Numbered from the whole stretch's first letter, positions 38,601 through 47,867 are shown. The stretch is 62,553 bases of DNA, filler included, from Candidatus Woesearchaeota archaeon (GCA_003650545.1; 4 parts of 4 records of this genome joined end to end with filler, not necessarily neighbours in it), one strand, 5' to 3'. Numbers and translations are program-made. Notes: a model not told the origin generated them from the sequence alone.

Positions 38601-40812
38601 TTTTAGTAAATTTGGCAAATTACTTGGTAAAGCTAGAGAATCTGGCGTCATTAATTATGATGACACGAACAAAATACTGTATAGCCTGGTTGATATGGCT
38701 GATAATGTTGCAGGTAATTCTGACGAAGTAGCAGAATTCTGGGGCAGAATTGCCAAGATAGGTAAGACATGGGATGACAAATCAGTTGGGCTACTGAAAC
38801 AAGTTGGCCATATTGATAATGTTGTCAGAGGCAGGATGTTCATAAAAAAAGTTGATGATATGCTTACTATTGCAAGACAGACAGGCAAATATGATGAAAC
38901 AGTAGAATTGCTCACTCTAGGAGCAAGTAAGTTAGATTCTTTAACCAATCTACCAAAAATTGGTCACAGGGTTTTTGATGCACCAGATATTGCAGATCCT
39001 ATAATAAGAGAAGGTAAAAGGATTGAGAGTTTCTTAGAGTATCAAAAAGGACTGGGTTCTATCTCTAAGCTAGAGAAAGCAGAGGGTGCTGCAAGGGTTA
39101 TTTTTGAGTTTGGAGCGCCTGGTGCTAGATTCAGTGATGAGATTGCTGATGAGCTTATAAGGGGTGTAAAGCTTTTTAGTGATGGTAGCGTTGCTGAGTC
39201 GTTTATAAAAAACATAAATAAATTTGGACTAGAGAAAAACGCAATCAAAAAAATAAGACTAGTCCCTGCTAGTGTGTTCTCTACAACAAGTGATGGTGCA
39301 AGAATAACCACTAAACAGAGCAGAAACATAATCGAGATTGCAGCCACATCACCTATGGAGCTTGATGATTTAAAATTTAAGCAATTAATGGGCAGCAACT
39401 TTATTCCACACGAGATAGCTCATGCAAAAGTAAGGGAAACATTCGGAAGCCTGAACAGAGCAATAAATAATCTTCCTACATTTGAGTCTTATAAATATAA
39501 AATACGATCAGAGTGGTTTGAAGAATTTCTTGCAAATAGATTGGTTGAACGTACCCTGGATGTAGACGATCTCAAGAAATTTAAAAATGGTGAAAAGATC
39601 TTGCTTGAGGACTTAGATGTTGGTGCGAATGTTGGTAATAGCTTCTTAAACAATTTTAATTATATTGATTTTGATTATCTTGGATTTATAAAGAGTGAAG
39701 TAAACCAGTTTGGGGGTGATAAGACTACTAAACTTTTAAATCAATTCGATCAAGGAATAAAAAATGGCATATCAGATTATCTAATAAAAACAAGAGGATT
39801 CACTCAGTCTCAAGTAGAGGACACTATTGTTTTGATAAAGAATCACATAGATGATGTTGCAAATGAGTTCGAAAAAAACGCAGACGAACTGATAGACAAA
39901 GGCATAAGATCAACAGGTGAAACAGATGCCCTCTACTCTAAAGCCATCCAGAAAGCTGTTGATATAGCAGACGAATTCGGTGAACTTGAAACAGTTACTG
40001 TTAATCTAAGACAGATGTTAAAGAGTGAACTAAGTCTGTCTGACGAAGTTATTAGTAGTCTAAGCGACGAACAAGTCAGAGCAATAGTCAGACTTCAGAA
40101 AATTATAGGAAAAGATCCAACTTTAAGAATAATTGACGAGAGCTGGGATGTTTTAGTTACTGTGAATAAAATAATTGATAAAGTACCTAGAGCATCCTCG
40201 GACCTTGCAGAAGACATAGCTTTTGTGTTAGAACATCATAGCAGAGAGATTGATAATATATTGAAAAATAGCGAAAATGTAGAAAATATAGGTCAGGATG
40301 CTTTTGAGTTTATGGCAAGAAGACGTATTTTAAAAGAAAATAAAGGCTCTAAAGTATTCACAAAAGACATATTTATTAAGAAAGTTGACAGTGACGGGAA
40401 ACTACATTTCATCGGGAGAGGAGAAGAATTTGACAATGTCATAACAGAAAAACTAGCAAACAATAATCTTAAAATCATTGGCTTTGTTGAAGTCAAGGCA
40501 GGCACTTCTAATGGAGTAATTGGAAAATTAGTTGAACAAATGGAAAGAAGAAAATCTCTACTTAATGATGTTAAAAAAGATTTGTCTAATAAAAAATATT
40601 ATTTGGCCAAAGATTCAACAAATAAAATCATTGAAGCAAATGAAATAGATGAAATTGCATCTAAAAGGATAATAAATAAAAATTCGTATGGTGTTGTTGT
40701 TGATGATGTCCCAAATTTTGAGGAAGGTAAAAATATATATAAAGCAGGCTATACAAAGGATCAACTAACTCAAACATTTGAAAACTTAAAGAACTTAAAA
40801 AGTCTAGAATAG
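35653..40812 (+). CDS. Secreted polymorphic-toxin-like protein: Cys-rich N-terminus, C25-like segment, HExxH domain, C-terminal PD-(D/E)xK-like nuclease
   Basis: Signal peptide; EICGDGIDNDCD; DCGGSC; VLFVGGDSVIPFY; hydrophobic pre-toxin-like helices; HEIAH (39409-39423) plus EEFLA; G...FE / EFD / VEVKAG. Confidence 0.7.
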   Translation: MRWTKKPIAVFLILIVINMHIVFAQSLSPIKTAPSASEGGYFCKNDKDCPTGTYCSGKKDHFMNDRCCPYNSEYDYSEDLCIQVCVDQDLDNSGVFCAEGKDCRELSKLTTNECLFNKDCDDEDQERSAINSEICGDGIDNDCDDKVDEAECINKTYDSHQLYLQENMYDEETYKRCKRYFLLVNRENPCDDCGGIFNGCDEKRCSSLGEDCVYHGSWLLLGLRGKCLHDIEIDENELAKCFDVLHCFDGVFQPQMGEQRLDCGGSCLPCEDKFEISIEDSAPYITVYKQPGDIVSLRIYSPEDTTIRLDYRALDEYGEELSYFQLEPLDGCEKGREINISQGVNYCKFQIPTWAAPYYSFEVNDQEVQLDIIKDPLYIILTNKLNLFDHCSVSPRILESQNFKFLEKLYFTAEENRGIVYDINDYIETESWNSWDVHNLQEKLKKFIKQKVGVDDEHYPHVLFVGGDSVIPFYRYTDFLENSGGVSFKSDSAYSPKCKQVTSMHTGDVFSVNDILIVLPDSGIDKNHEDVKKIQKALYLKFGHFYCSCGDYYLDVLDSLQNQPDGSEQRESLKDYLGEIFSDETDYNETDYDRIREMLNPYSAELFLAPWEYSTNKDVPLSEEDAKVIKNTCRIYFEEASCPSLVDFLKQQKILKQMNDRYPVEQMNAIVDSIVDNMEEYVFREGNKEYLDMGKVFLKTLNYYYDDNIPFSDQELYAYINIIPFVPLSPGIDVVSATKHLIIYHIFGLEPNGQPKRFPIGNGNINSPEDIKLYYASEIQRNFEGLLENKNAIIIGNKDNNFLFTEFDAAYDEPVITIDRNEYSKEGYHLFVNLPRNNITKAAKFLVPFINGGFWLCVPRDSHAVILIDLTLVGIGLMTGADFIADIYGVATECDKLFRETKVCEENKFESFFWCSLNVVALSIPFVTGAHLISSAIKSGKNAKRLTQGFTRAIEHSDELISIISKSDSLKDVIKSADDLEDGFSKFGKLLGKARESGVINYDDTNKILYSLVDMADNVAGNSDEVAEFWGRIAKIGKTWDDKSVGLLKQVGHIDNVVRGRMFIKKVDDMLTIARQTGKYDETVELLTLGASKLDSLTNLPKIGHRVFDAPDIADPIIREGKRIESFLEYQKGLGSISKLEKAEGAARVIFEFGAPGARFSDEIADELIRGVKLFSDGSVAESFIKNINKFGLEKNAIKKIRLVPASVFSTTSDGARITTKQSRNIIEIAATSPMELDDLKFKQLMGSNFIPHEIAHAKVRETFGSLNRAINNLPTFESYKYKIRSEWFEEFLANRLVERTLDVDDLKKFKNGEKILLEDLDVGANVGNSFLNNFNYIDFDYLGFIKSEVNQFGGDKTTKLLNQFDQGIKNGISDYLIKTRGFTQSQVEDTIVLIKNHIDDVANEFEKNADELIDKGIRSTGETDALYSKAIQKAVDIADEFGELETVTVNLRQMLKSELSLSDEVISSLSDEQVRAIVRLQKIIGKDPTLRIIDESWDVLVTVNKIIDKVPRASSDLAEDIAFVLEHHSREIDNILKNSENVENIGQDAFEFMARRRILKENKGSKVFTKDIFIKKVDSDGKLHFIGRGEEFDNVITEKLANNNLKIIGFVEVKAGTSNGVIGKLVEQMERRKSLLNDVKKDLSNKKYYLAKDSTNKIIEANEIDEIASKRIINKNSYGVVVDDVPNFEEGKNIYKAGYTKDQLTQTFENLKNLKSLE

Positions 40813-40819
40813 GTGAAAA

Positions 40820-41200
40820 ATGGGAATAAGAATGTATGCAAAAATTAATGGAAAGAAAGAAGAGATTTACTTATCTGGAAGAAATATAGAAACCATGAGG
40901 TTTAGTTTAGTGTACGAATTGGAGAAAGTAAAGGAATTGGCCAAGAGACTGTTCAGAATATTAGAATCTTGCGAAAACGAATGGAAAAGCAAAATAGAAA
41001 AAGAAAGAAATTTTGACAAGTTTAATCTTAATGCTGAAACCATAATTGAAGAGATAAAAACTGTTTTTGAAAACAAAGAAAATAAGATGTACAAAAATGT
41101 GAATTGGGTTTATTTAACAGATATACTAAAACGTTTGTATCATTTTACTGAAAAAGCAAAAAAAGAGGGTTATAATACTATAAATTTTTTCATATTTTAG
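40820..41200 (+). CDS. Candidate immunity protein
   Basis: 126-aa cytoplasmic ORF 7 nt after the toxin stop, AGGTGA RBS. Confidence 0.55.
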   Translation: MGIRMYAKINGKKEEIYLSGRNIETMRFSLVYELEKVKELAKRLFRILESCENEWKSKIEKERNFDKFNLNAETIIEEIKTVFENKENKMYKNVNWVYLTDILKRLYHFTEKAKKEGYNTINFFIF

Positions 41201-41205
41201 GAAAA

Positions 41206-41484
41206 ATGGTACAGATATACAAAATAAAATGCAAGAGATGTGGTTATGAAAAAGAAGTATCAGAAGGATTAGCAAATAGACTTGCAAATATCAAATATAA
41301 AATCTATTATTGTTCAAAATGCAAAGAAATATTTCATTCATTAAAAGAATATTGTCCTGAATGTGGTTCAAAAAGCCAGTTGCTATCGCCCTTACAGTAC
41401 TGTTCATTGCAGTCTAATAAAATCAGATGTCCTAAATGTAAGGGCAAGTTATGTGTGGAGGAAAAAGAAGGTTATGTATACTAA
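41206..41484 (+). CDS. Small multi-Zn-ribbon protein, possible second immunity or accessory protein
   Basis: Four CxxC pairs: CKRC, CSKC, CPEC, CPKC. Confidence 0.65.
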   Translation: MVQIYKIKCKRCGYEKEVSEGLANRLANIKYKIYYCSKCKEIFHSLKEYCPECGSKSQLLSPLQYCSLQSNKIRCPKCKGKLCVEEKEGYVY

Positions 41485-42644
41485 ACAGATCTGAGCATGA
41501 TTACAAAATGAATAATAATTATAAAATGACTCACATGAAAATAATCTGGTTGTTGCTAGTAGGCCTTGTTTTTACTAGTGTTTGCCATGCACGGGTAACA
41601 TTGACTACAACTGTAGATGCAACATTCATTTCTAGAATAGACGCACCAAACATCGAGAAGCTTTATAAGAGTCTGGATCTTGATTATTTTAACTTTAAAG
41701 AAATAAAAATATATGAAGAGAATCATTGCAGTAGAGACAGCATATTAAACAGCATTGGGAAGCTACTAGACAAAGTTTTTTTAGGGTCATACAATATGCT
41801 TTTTTTGAAAAAGTTAAAAGAGAATGGGATACTTCTCGTATACCCAAAGAAAAGATTTATCCAAGAAGATGCGTCACATAAATTTTTGTTGAGTTCGTTT
41901 TATTCATTCAAAGACGATATAAAAGAAAAAAAACCATTGATAATCTACAACTGGGACAAAGCGATAGAAGATGAAGAGTTCAATTATGTTATGAATGAGC
42001 TCTCTCCGGATGTGGCTCTACTAACTAGCTCCTACAAAACAGCATCAGAACAATTCCTAAAAGCATTTATATGTAGTCTTGATGCACACGAATCTGGCAC
42101 ACTGGGGGATGCTTATTTAAGCGCAAGGAATAGGTACAGGTTGTTGAACGAAGAAAAAGAAAGTAAGATAAAACTTCTTTCTTATGTCTACTTTGGTCTG
42201 CCATATGCAAAATTCAGCTTGCCGAATCCAAAACCTAGTAGAGAAGAGGTACTTTTGCCTTGTGAAGATTTTGACGAATATATAAAACTACTTCCATTGT
42301 TCAAATCAAGTTTGCCTGCTGCACCTGGACAACAAAAAGACGAATTAAATGTAACTAATAATGGAGACATACCCATTGATCTAGATATTTGGGAGTATCA
42401 TGCTAAACAAATAAAAACATTTTGTGATCAACACAGTCATAAATTTCAGCTGAAATGGTACGATGGTTTTGTTTTAGCTTACCCATTAAGTAGACTTATT
42501 TATTCCTCGATTTATCCCTATGAAGAATATTCTCACCCATATTATAAGCCAATACACAAAGTAATCTATCTGGCTGCAGAATATTGTAAAGGTTATTTTC
42601 AGCTTGAAAAATATCCAGAGAAAACATACATGGGGGAATATTGA
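41451..42644 (+). CDS. Secreted protein with degenerate C25/caspase-fold C-terminal motif; true start probably 41526 or 41535
   Basis: MKIIWLLLVGLVF signal; TLGDAYLSARNRY...YVYFGLP. Confidence 0.5.
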   Translation: MCGGKRRLCILNRSEHDYKMNNNYKMTHMKIIWLLLVGLVFTSVCHARVTLTTTVDATFISRIDAPNIEKLYKSLDLDYFNFKEIKIYEENHCSRDSILNSIGKLLDKVFLGSYNMLFLKKLKENGILLVYPKKRFIQEDASHKFLLSSFYSFKDDIKEKKPLIIYNWDKAIEDEEFNYVMNELSPDVALLTSSYKTASEQFLKAFICSLDAHESGTLGDAYLSARNRYRLLNEEKESKIKLLSYVYFGLPYAKFSLPNPKPSREEVLLPCEDFDEYIKLLPLFKSSLPAAPGQQKDELNVTNNGDIPIDLDIWEYHAKQIKTFCDQHSHKFQLKWYDGFVLAYPLSRLIYSSIYPYEEYSHPYYKPIHKVIYLAAEYCKGYFQLEKYPEKTYMGEY

Positions 42645-43900
42645 TGAAAAATATATCGATGAAAAATAGGGTTTATATGATATTGGTTTTATTATTGGTT
42701 TTGTTTTTGATTTTTATTTCGTTTAGTCTTGCTATTGATGAGCATGGCAAAAAAAGTTATGTGTACGTAGCCAGTCATCCAACAGTCATAAATGTCGATG
42801 GCTTTCAATTGATAGATATAAAAGGCAACGAGCAATTGCTTTTAGATAGAGAGCTTGTATTACCATTTGCAAAACAAGAACTCATATTTCCCGAAGGTGT
42901 TTTTGTTGAAGGTCCTTTTATAGATGAATTTAGAGAGCCTGAAGAATTCAAAGCTAATATCCCTGAATGGTCTGAAGATCTAGGGTACATAAAAAGAACA
43001 TGCGAAAAAAATAAACATAATGCAAGCCTAACTTCTATACACACAGAGATCAACAATAAGTTACACTACATTGTAACAGTAAAGCCTGTCGAGGTTATAG
43101 ATTGTGATAAAGGTCTTTTTAAACTTTATAAGGAAATAGTTTATCATTTTGAATATGAAATAAAAACACCTGTGCTAATAGAATCTGTAGATGTGCCTAA
43201 ATCAGTAAGAAAGAACAGCAATGTTGTTATTAACTACAGCCTAATTAAGGTTGGGAATGACAAACTAAGTGGAAAGGTAGTCGTAACTGATATGTTTGAT
43301 AATATTTTAAAGAGTGAAAATATAGAATTTATAACTGGCACAAAACAATTGATGTTTAACATTAACAACAGCAACTCTGTTGATTACCTCTTAAAAATAA
43401 TCAGTGACGACCATAGTGTTTTATCTATGAAAAAATTCAAATTGGAGATAATAGATACTAATCTATTTATCGAACTGCCTGATGAGGTCCTGTCTGGTGA
43501 ATCCATTCCAGTAAGTGTGCATATAAATAATATCAATGAACACAACTTAAATGCTACCATAATAGCAGAATTAAAAAGTTTACTAAGTAATTATCCTGTT
43601 TCAAGAAATGAAAAAACAGTAGTTGCAACAACTGGAGAGAACATAATAGAAATAGTGCTTGGGACAGATCCAGAAGGAACGCCTCCTGGTTTGTATACTG
43701 TTTATTTACATGCTGTCCTTAATGGTGATATGTTCACGGATACAAGATCTATAGATATACTTTCAGAGGAAGAGTATAAAGAGTATAGTAAGACTAACCA
43801 AAAGAAGGATTACACTATTTTAGGAATAATTATAACCATCACACTGTGTCTAATCTTAGCATTTATATCTCTTAAATTCTTAAAGAAAAATAGAACATAG
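42641..43900 (+). CDS. Membrane-anchored protein, C25-propeptide-like N-terminus plus Ig-like domains
   Basis: Signal peptide, DGFQLIDIKG...VLPF....IFPEG, PGLY.V, C-terminal TM followed by KKNR. Confidence 0.55.
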   Translation: MMKNISMKNRVYMILVLLLVLFLIFISFSLAIDEHGKKSYVYVASHPTVINVDGFQLIDIKGNEQLLLDRELVLPFAKQELIFPEGVFVEGPFIDEFREPEEFKANIPEWSEDLGYIKRTCEKNKHNASLTSIHTEINNKLHYIVTVKPVEVIDCDKGLFKLYKEIVYHFEYEIKTPVLIESVDVPKSVRKNSNVVINYSLIKVGNDKLSGKVVVTDMFDNILKSENIEFITGTKQLMFNINNSNSVDYLLKIISDDHSVLSMKKFKLEIIDTNLFIELPDEVLSGESIPVSVHINNINEHNLNATIIAELKSLLSNYPVSRNEKTVVATTGENIIEIVLGTDPEGTPPGLYTVYLHAVLNGDMFTDTRSIDILSEEEYKEYSKTNQKKDYTILGIIITITLCLILAFISLKFLKKNRT

Positions 43901-44044
43901 AACTAGAATAACATAGAACTAGAATATAGAATATAAAACTAGAATATAGAGTATAGAACTAAAATAGAGAATATAAAACTGGAATATAGATATAGACTAG
44001 AATATAGAATATAAAACTGAATATAGAATTATAGAATATAGAAC
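43891..44044. repeat. Degenerate TAGAATA-type tandem repeat
   Basis: Many copies of TAGAA(T/C)A and AACTAGAATATAG variants, without unique spacers. Confidence 0.8.
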
Positions 44045-44177
44045 CAATTATCAATAATAATATCAATAATAGCTGGAATAGCTGGAGGAAACAAATGAAG
44101 ATATCAATGGCTAGAAGAACCAAAATATAGCTGAAATACATCCAAAGAGATCGCAATCCGAGAAGAATCCGTTTTTG

Positions 44178-44217
44178 CCGAAAATCTTCCGGAAAATGCT
44201 AGTGAATACTTATAAAT
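44178..44217 (+). promoter_or_regulatory. Palindromic operator plus TATA of the T4SS-like operon
   Basis: C-CGAAA-ATC-TTCCG at 44178, ACTTATAAAT at 44208, ATG 44242. Confidence 0.6.
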
Positions 44218-44241
44218 GAACCTAACCTTAATAGACGATAT

Positions 44242-45798
44242 ATGACAAGATTAAAAAATAAAAAAAGCACGGGTGTGGTTGCGCTTCTCTTCACTATTCT
44301 GATACTTATTGCACTAATGTTAATAACGATTTTGTTCCTGCTGGAGATGATGGATCTTGCTGCAGCCATGATTGCAGGTGTTGTTGTGATGCTGCTCGCA
44401 ATCCTGGTTGCGATTGTGGTGGTAATGAGCGCGAATGCCACAAGTATAACTAAAGTAAAGCCAAAACCTGCAGCGGTTACTGAAAAAAATCTAAAAAATG
44501 TTCCTAAAAAAATTATAACAATACAAAAAAAACCTAAAGTTATAGTTAAAAAGATAGTTAAAAAGATTGGTCCTGATCTCGAACTTCAAGCCAGATACTC
44601 TGAGCTTAATGCTGCACTGGAAATAGCAAAGAGGGAGAAATTATCATTACAAGAAAAACTAAAACTAAAAGAGATTGAGTTTGAGCAGCTTAAAGAAGAA
44701 TATGATGACCTTAAGAAATCACTCCGCGAGAAGATTCGCGAACTCGATGACAAAAAACGCACAGCAAGAGAAGATGCAGAAAAGGTTTCATCCTTTGAGC
44801 TAAAGTTACAGAGACAGCGAAACTATCTCGAAAGTAAATGTAAGGCTCTTGAAGAGATTGAACAAAGAAGAGTCGAGTCTGAGAGGAAAACAAAAAGAGA
44901 GCTTTCATCGATTAAAAGGAAATTATTTCAACTAAACTCAAAGAACGTGGAGTTAGAAAAACTAAAGAAAAGACTTGAGAAATTGGTTAACCAAAAAAAT
45001 GTTGCTGTAGAAAGCCTCAGAGAAGAGAAAAAAAGTTTAAAGAACCAACTAAAAGAGATAACTAAAGAAAAAACAGCACTCGCAAAAGAACTGCAGAAAA
45101 CAAAAAGTAAGATTGAGAGATTAAACAAGCAGAAAAACTTAGCTAAAAATGTAGTTGACGTTGCTGTTGAGATGGAAAATATAAAAAAACACAGGACAAA
45201 AGAAAGTAAACCGAAAAAAAGCAAAGAAAAAATGCTTGCAAAAGAACTGAAAGAACCAAGATTAGATATTTCAAGGTTGAAGAAGTCTCTCGATAGAATT
45301 AAAACAGATATAGCGCTCAAAAAATTTAAAAAAGTAAAATCTAAATCTCTAGAAAAGAAAACAAAAGCTGTCAATGCTGATGAGATCAAAACAGAAAAAA
45401 TTAAAAAAGAAAAGGTTAAAGAAAAAAAAACAGAAGAAAAACCCCTATTCCGACTGAACTTCTTATCGCGGTTAAAAAGACATGAAAAAGAAAAAGACTA
45501 TGAAATTGCTGAGACTCCAAAAAAGATAGTGATGGCAGATAACATTGTGTTAGAAGAGAAGTGCCAAGACAAACTAGACGTGAGCGACAGAATGACAGAA
45601 ATAAAAAATATAGCCGAAAGAATTCAAAAAGAGAAAGGCTGCTTTAAGATTAGCCAACTCTTAGCCGAATTTCTAAGAAAATATCCTGACCACAATAGGA
45701 AAGAAGTGATGGAAGATATAACAAACTGGCTTGATGAAGAAGAAAACATTGTTAACTCAGGCAAAAAAGTTAACATCTATAGATTTGTTGCTCTATAG
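44242..45798 (+). CDS. Membrane-anchored Lys/Glu-rich coiled-coil protein
   Basis: Two N-terminal TM helices, long heptad-like region, small globular C-terminus. Confidence 0.7.
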   Translation: MTRLKNKKSTGVVALLFTILILIALMLITILFLLEMMDLAAAMIAGVVVMLLAILVAIVVVMSANATSITKVKPKPAAVTEKNLKNVPKKIITIQKKPKVIVKKIVKKIGPDLELQARYSELNAALEIAKREKLSLQEKLKLKEIEFEQLKEEYDDLKKSLREKIRELDDKKRTAREDAEKVSSFELKLQRQRNYLESKCKALEEIEQRRVESERKTKRELSSIKRKLFQLNSKNVELEKLKKRLEKLVNQKNVAVESLREEKKSLKNQLKEITKEKTALAKELQKTKSKIERLNKQKNLAKNVVDVAVEMENIKKHRTKESKPKKSKEKMLAKELKEPRLDISRLKKSLDRIKTDIALKKFKKVKSKSLEKKTKAVNADEIKTEKIKKEKVKEKKTEEKPLFRLNFLSRLKRHEKEKDYEIAETPKKIVMADNIVLEEKCQDKLDVSDRMTEIKNIAERIQKEKGCFKISQLLAEFLRKYPDHNRKEVMEDITNWLDEEENIVNSGKKVNIYRFVAL

Positions 45799-45860
45799 AT
45801 GTCTTTCAATATCTTTAGACAATAAATCACATTAAATTACAATAAATTTTTAAAAAAAAT

Positions 45861-46238
45861 ATGGAGGTCGAAAAAATGCGCAAGGAAAAATTAGGCAAGA
45901 AAGATAAAATGATTACTGTTGGTTTGACCGTAGTGTTATTAGTGTTGATTGCTTTTCCTTTTGTGTCTGCACAGGTAGAAGGCAATCTAACAGGCGATGC
46001 ATTGGTTGCTTGCCAGAAAATCAACAGCGTGATCAATACGATTACACTTTTAGTGATGAGCATTGGCGGCGGTTTGGCAGTATTGATACTGATAATAACT
46101 GGGATAATGTTTATGAACGCAAAAGACCCAACTGATAAGGACAAACTTGGCAGTAAAATGAGGTCGGTAATCATCGGCCTAGTGATTATATTGGTTGCAC
46201 CATGGATCGTGCAGATGATCTTTACAAAACCATGTTAG
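45861..46238 (+). CDS. TrbC/VirB2-like pilin
   Basis: Signal peptide, then two hydrophobic helices around GIMFMNAKDPTDKDKLGSKMRSVIIGL..ILVAP. Confidence 0.75.
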   Translation: MEVEKMRKEKLGKKDKMITVGLTVVLLVLIAFPFVSAQVEGNLTGDALVACQKINSVINTITLLVMSIGGGLAVLILIITGIMFMNAKDPTDKDKLGSKMRSVIIGLVIILVAPWIVQMIFTKPC

Positions 46239-46247
46239 ATCGGAAGA

Positions 46248-47867
46248 ATGAAACTGACTATCATAATTTTTTTTGTATTTTTAGCTATGGTTATGCTGAG
46301 CTATGCTAGCTATGATGAAGATACGCTACTTGTAAAGAATTGTAAAAAGGCAACCTATTATGCACAAATCGATGATGATTTTTGCGATTGGGTTGAAGAT
46401 GATCCTGAGCTGAATGCTCTACCAGAAGATCAACAAAAAACCTACATGATATCGCAACTAATGGGGGTTGACCGGACTGTGATAGATGAACACGAGTTCG
46501 TAGAACTCTGGAACAAAGGCATTATAGTAGATACAGATTTTCCTAGCGAGCTTTCTGACGAAGCAAAAGAACTTAGGTATGAGACAATAGGAAATGTCTG
46601 GACAGCCTTGATAGGAGTAATTCCGTCTTACATGGAAAATGGTACGCTTTATACTCTAAAAGAAGGTGATGCAGTAGCTGTTGCTCATTATGACCTATTT
46701 CCGCCAAAGAATTTTGCAGAAAGTAGAAGTACAACCGCTTTGTATTGTGGTGGCGGCAGCACAAATAGTGATAGATATGGAAGAGGAGATTGCAAGACTA
46801 TATACCATGACTTTAGCCATGAAGCTGATTTAAGGATCTATCAAGGAGAAAGTGAGTTAGTAGGAGAGGTATCAGATAAGCAAGAGTTGAATCTTTACGG
46901 GCATTTTGAACGGTTCGGAACTAACTATTGGTCAAAATTAAAGGTCAGGCATACCTTTTATGCAGATCATTATAAATGGAAAAAAGCTGGCTGTTGTAAA
47001 GCTTGTAAGTGTGAAGAGCCTCCATGTGGATGTTGCACTTACTATTATAGATGCTCCCTCTCGCAAAGTGGCAGGAATAATAAGATAAATCACATACTTC
47101 ATCTAAAACATGATTATGACCAAAATATCAAACAATATCAAAAACCTAACTTCAGCCATAAAATCACTCTATACGACGAGCAGACAAAGCCAGTAGTCAA
47201 AGTGGAGACAGATGCTGATGATTACGAAATCAGATTCTTAAACGGTGCAAAGTTTATGCATTTCAGTTCAGATTATTTTACTGGTTGGTGGCTAGCTCCT
47301 TATAACGCATTATATACTACTAGAACAGTGAACGAAAACTATTATGCTAGTCCGGATGTAAGGGTTATATCTACAAATAATGTTACATTTGAAACTGATC
47401 CTGCTAATATTGGTAGTTGTACATTTACTTACTACTATCGTTTTAATAAGCCTGGTTTTGACTCTGAAACTGTGCCTTGTGAGATTGTTAGGAAACTTTC
47501 TCCTAAGATGACAATTGCAACTGACAAGGGAGTGTACAAAGAAGAAGAGGTTATAACCTTAAGAATAAATGTTTCAGAGAATGATTGTGGAATAACAGGT
47601 TATGTTACAGCCAATTATGATAATATTTCAAAACAGGTGCCAGTCTATAACGGATATGGGGAATCTAAATTTATTGCAAAAAAAAATAGTAATTTTATCA
47701 CTGTTAACTATTCAGGAGAGTTGTCTATTGCAAGGAGCAAGAATATAAAAGTTCTTGACAAGAATTTCATAAACATAGTCTATACGCTTGTCTTTTTTTG
47801 TTTTTTTAGCATGGTTATCATAAGACTGTATATTGTAAAAATTAAGAGAATGTGGTTGTCAAGATGA
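46248..47867 (+). CDS. Exported, C-terminally anchored protein with a Cys cluster
   Basis: Signal peptide; GCCKACKCEEPPCGCC; C-terminal TM. Confidence 0.65.
   Translation: MKLTIIIFFVFLAMVMLSYASYDEDTLLVKNCKKATYYAQIDDDFCDWVEDDPELNALPEDQQKTYMISQLMGVDRTVIDEHEFVELWNKGIIVDTDFPSELSDEAKELRYETIGNVWTALIGVIPSYMENGTLYTLKEGDAVAVAHYDLFPPKNFAESRSTTALYCGGGSTNSDRYGRGDCKTIYHDFSHEADLRIYQGESELVGEVSDKQELNLYGHFERFGTNYWSKLKVRHTFYADHYKWKKAGCCKACKCEEPPCGCCTYYYRCSLSQSGRNNKINHILHLKHDYDQNIKQYQKPNFSHKITLYDEQTKPVVKVETDADDYEIRFLNGAKFMHFSSDYFTGWWLAPYNALYTTRTVNENYYASPDVRVISTNNVTFETDPANIGSCTFTYYYRFNKPGFDSETVPCEIVRKLSPKMTIATDKGVYKEEEVITLRINVSENDCGITGYVTANYDNISKQVPVYNGYGESKFIAKKNSNFITVNYSGELSIARSKNIKVLDKNFINIVYTLVFFCFFSMVIIRLYIVKIKRMWLSR

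Noticed and set aside
43891..44044. CRISPR array
   Set aside because: Short degenerate units without constant-length repeats or unique spacers; no cas genes.
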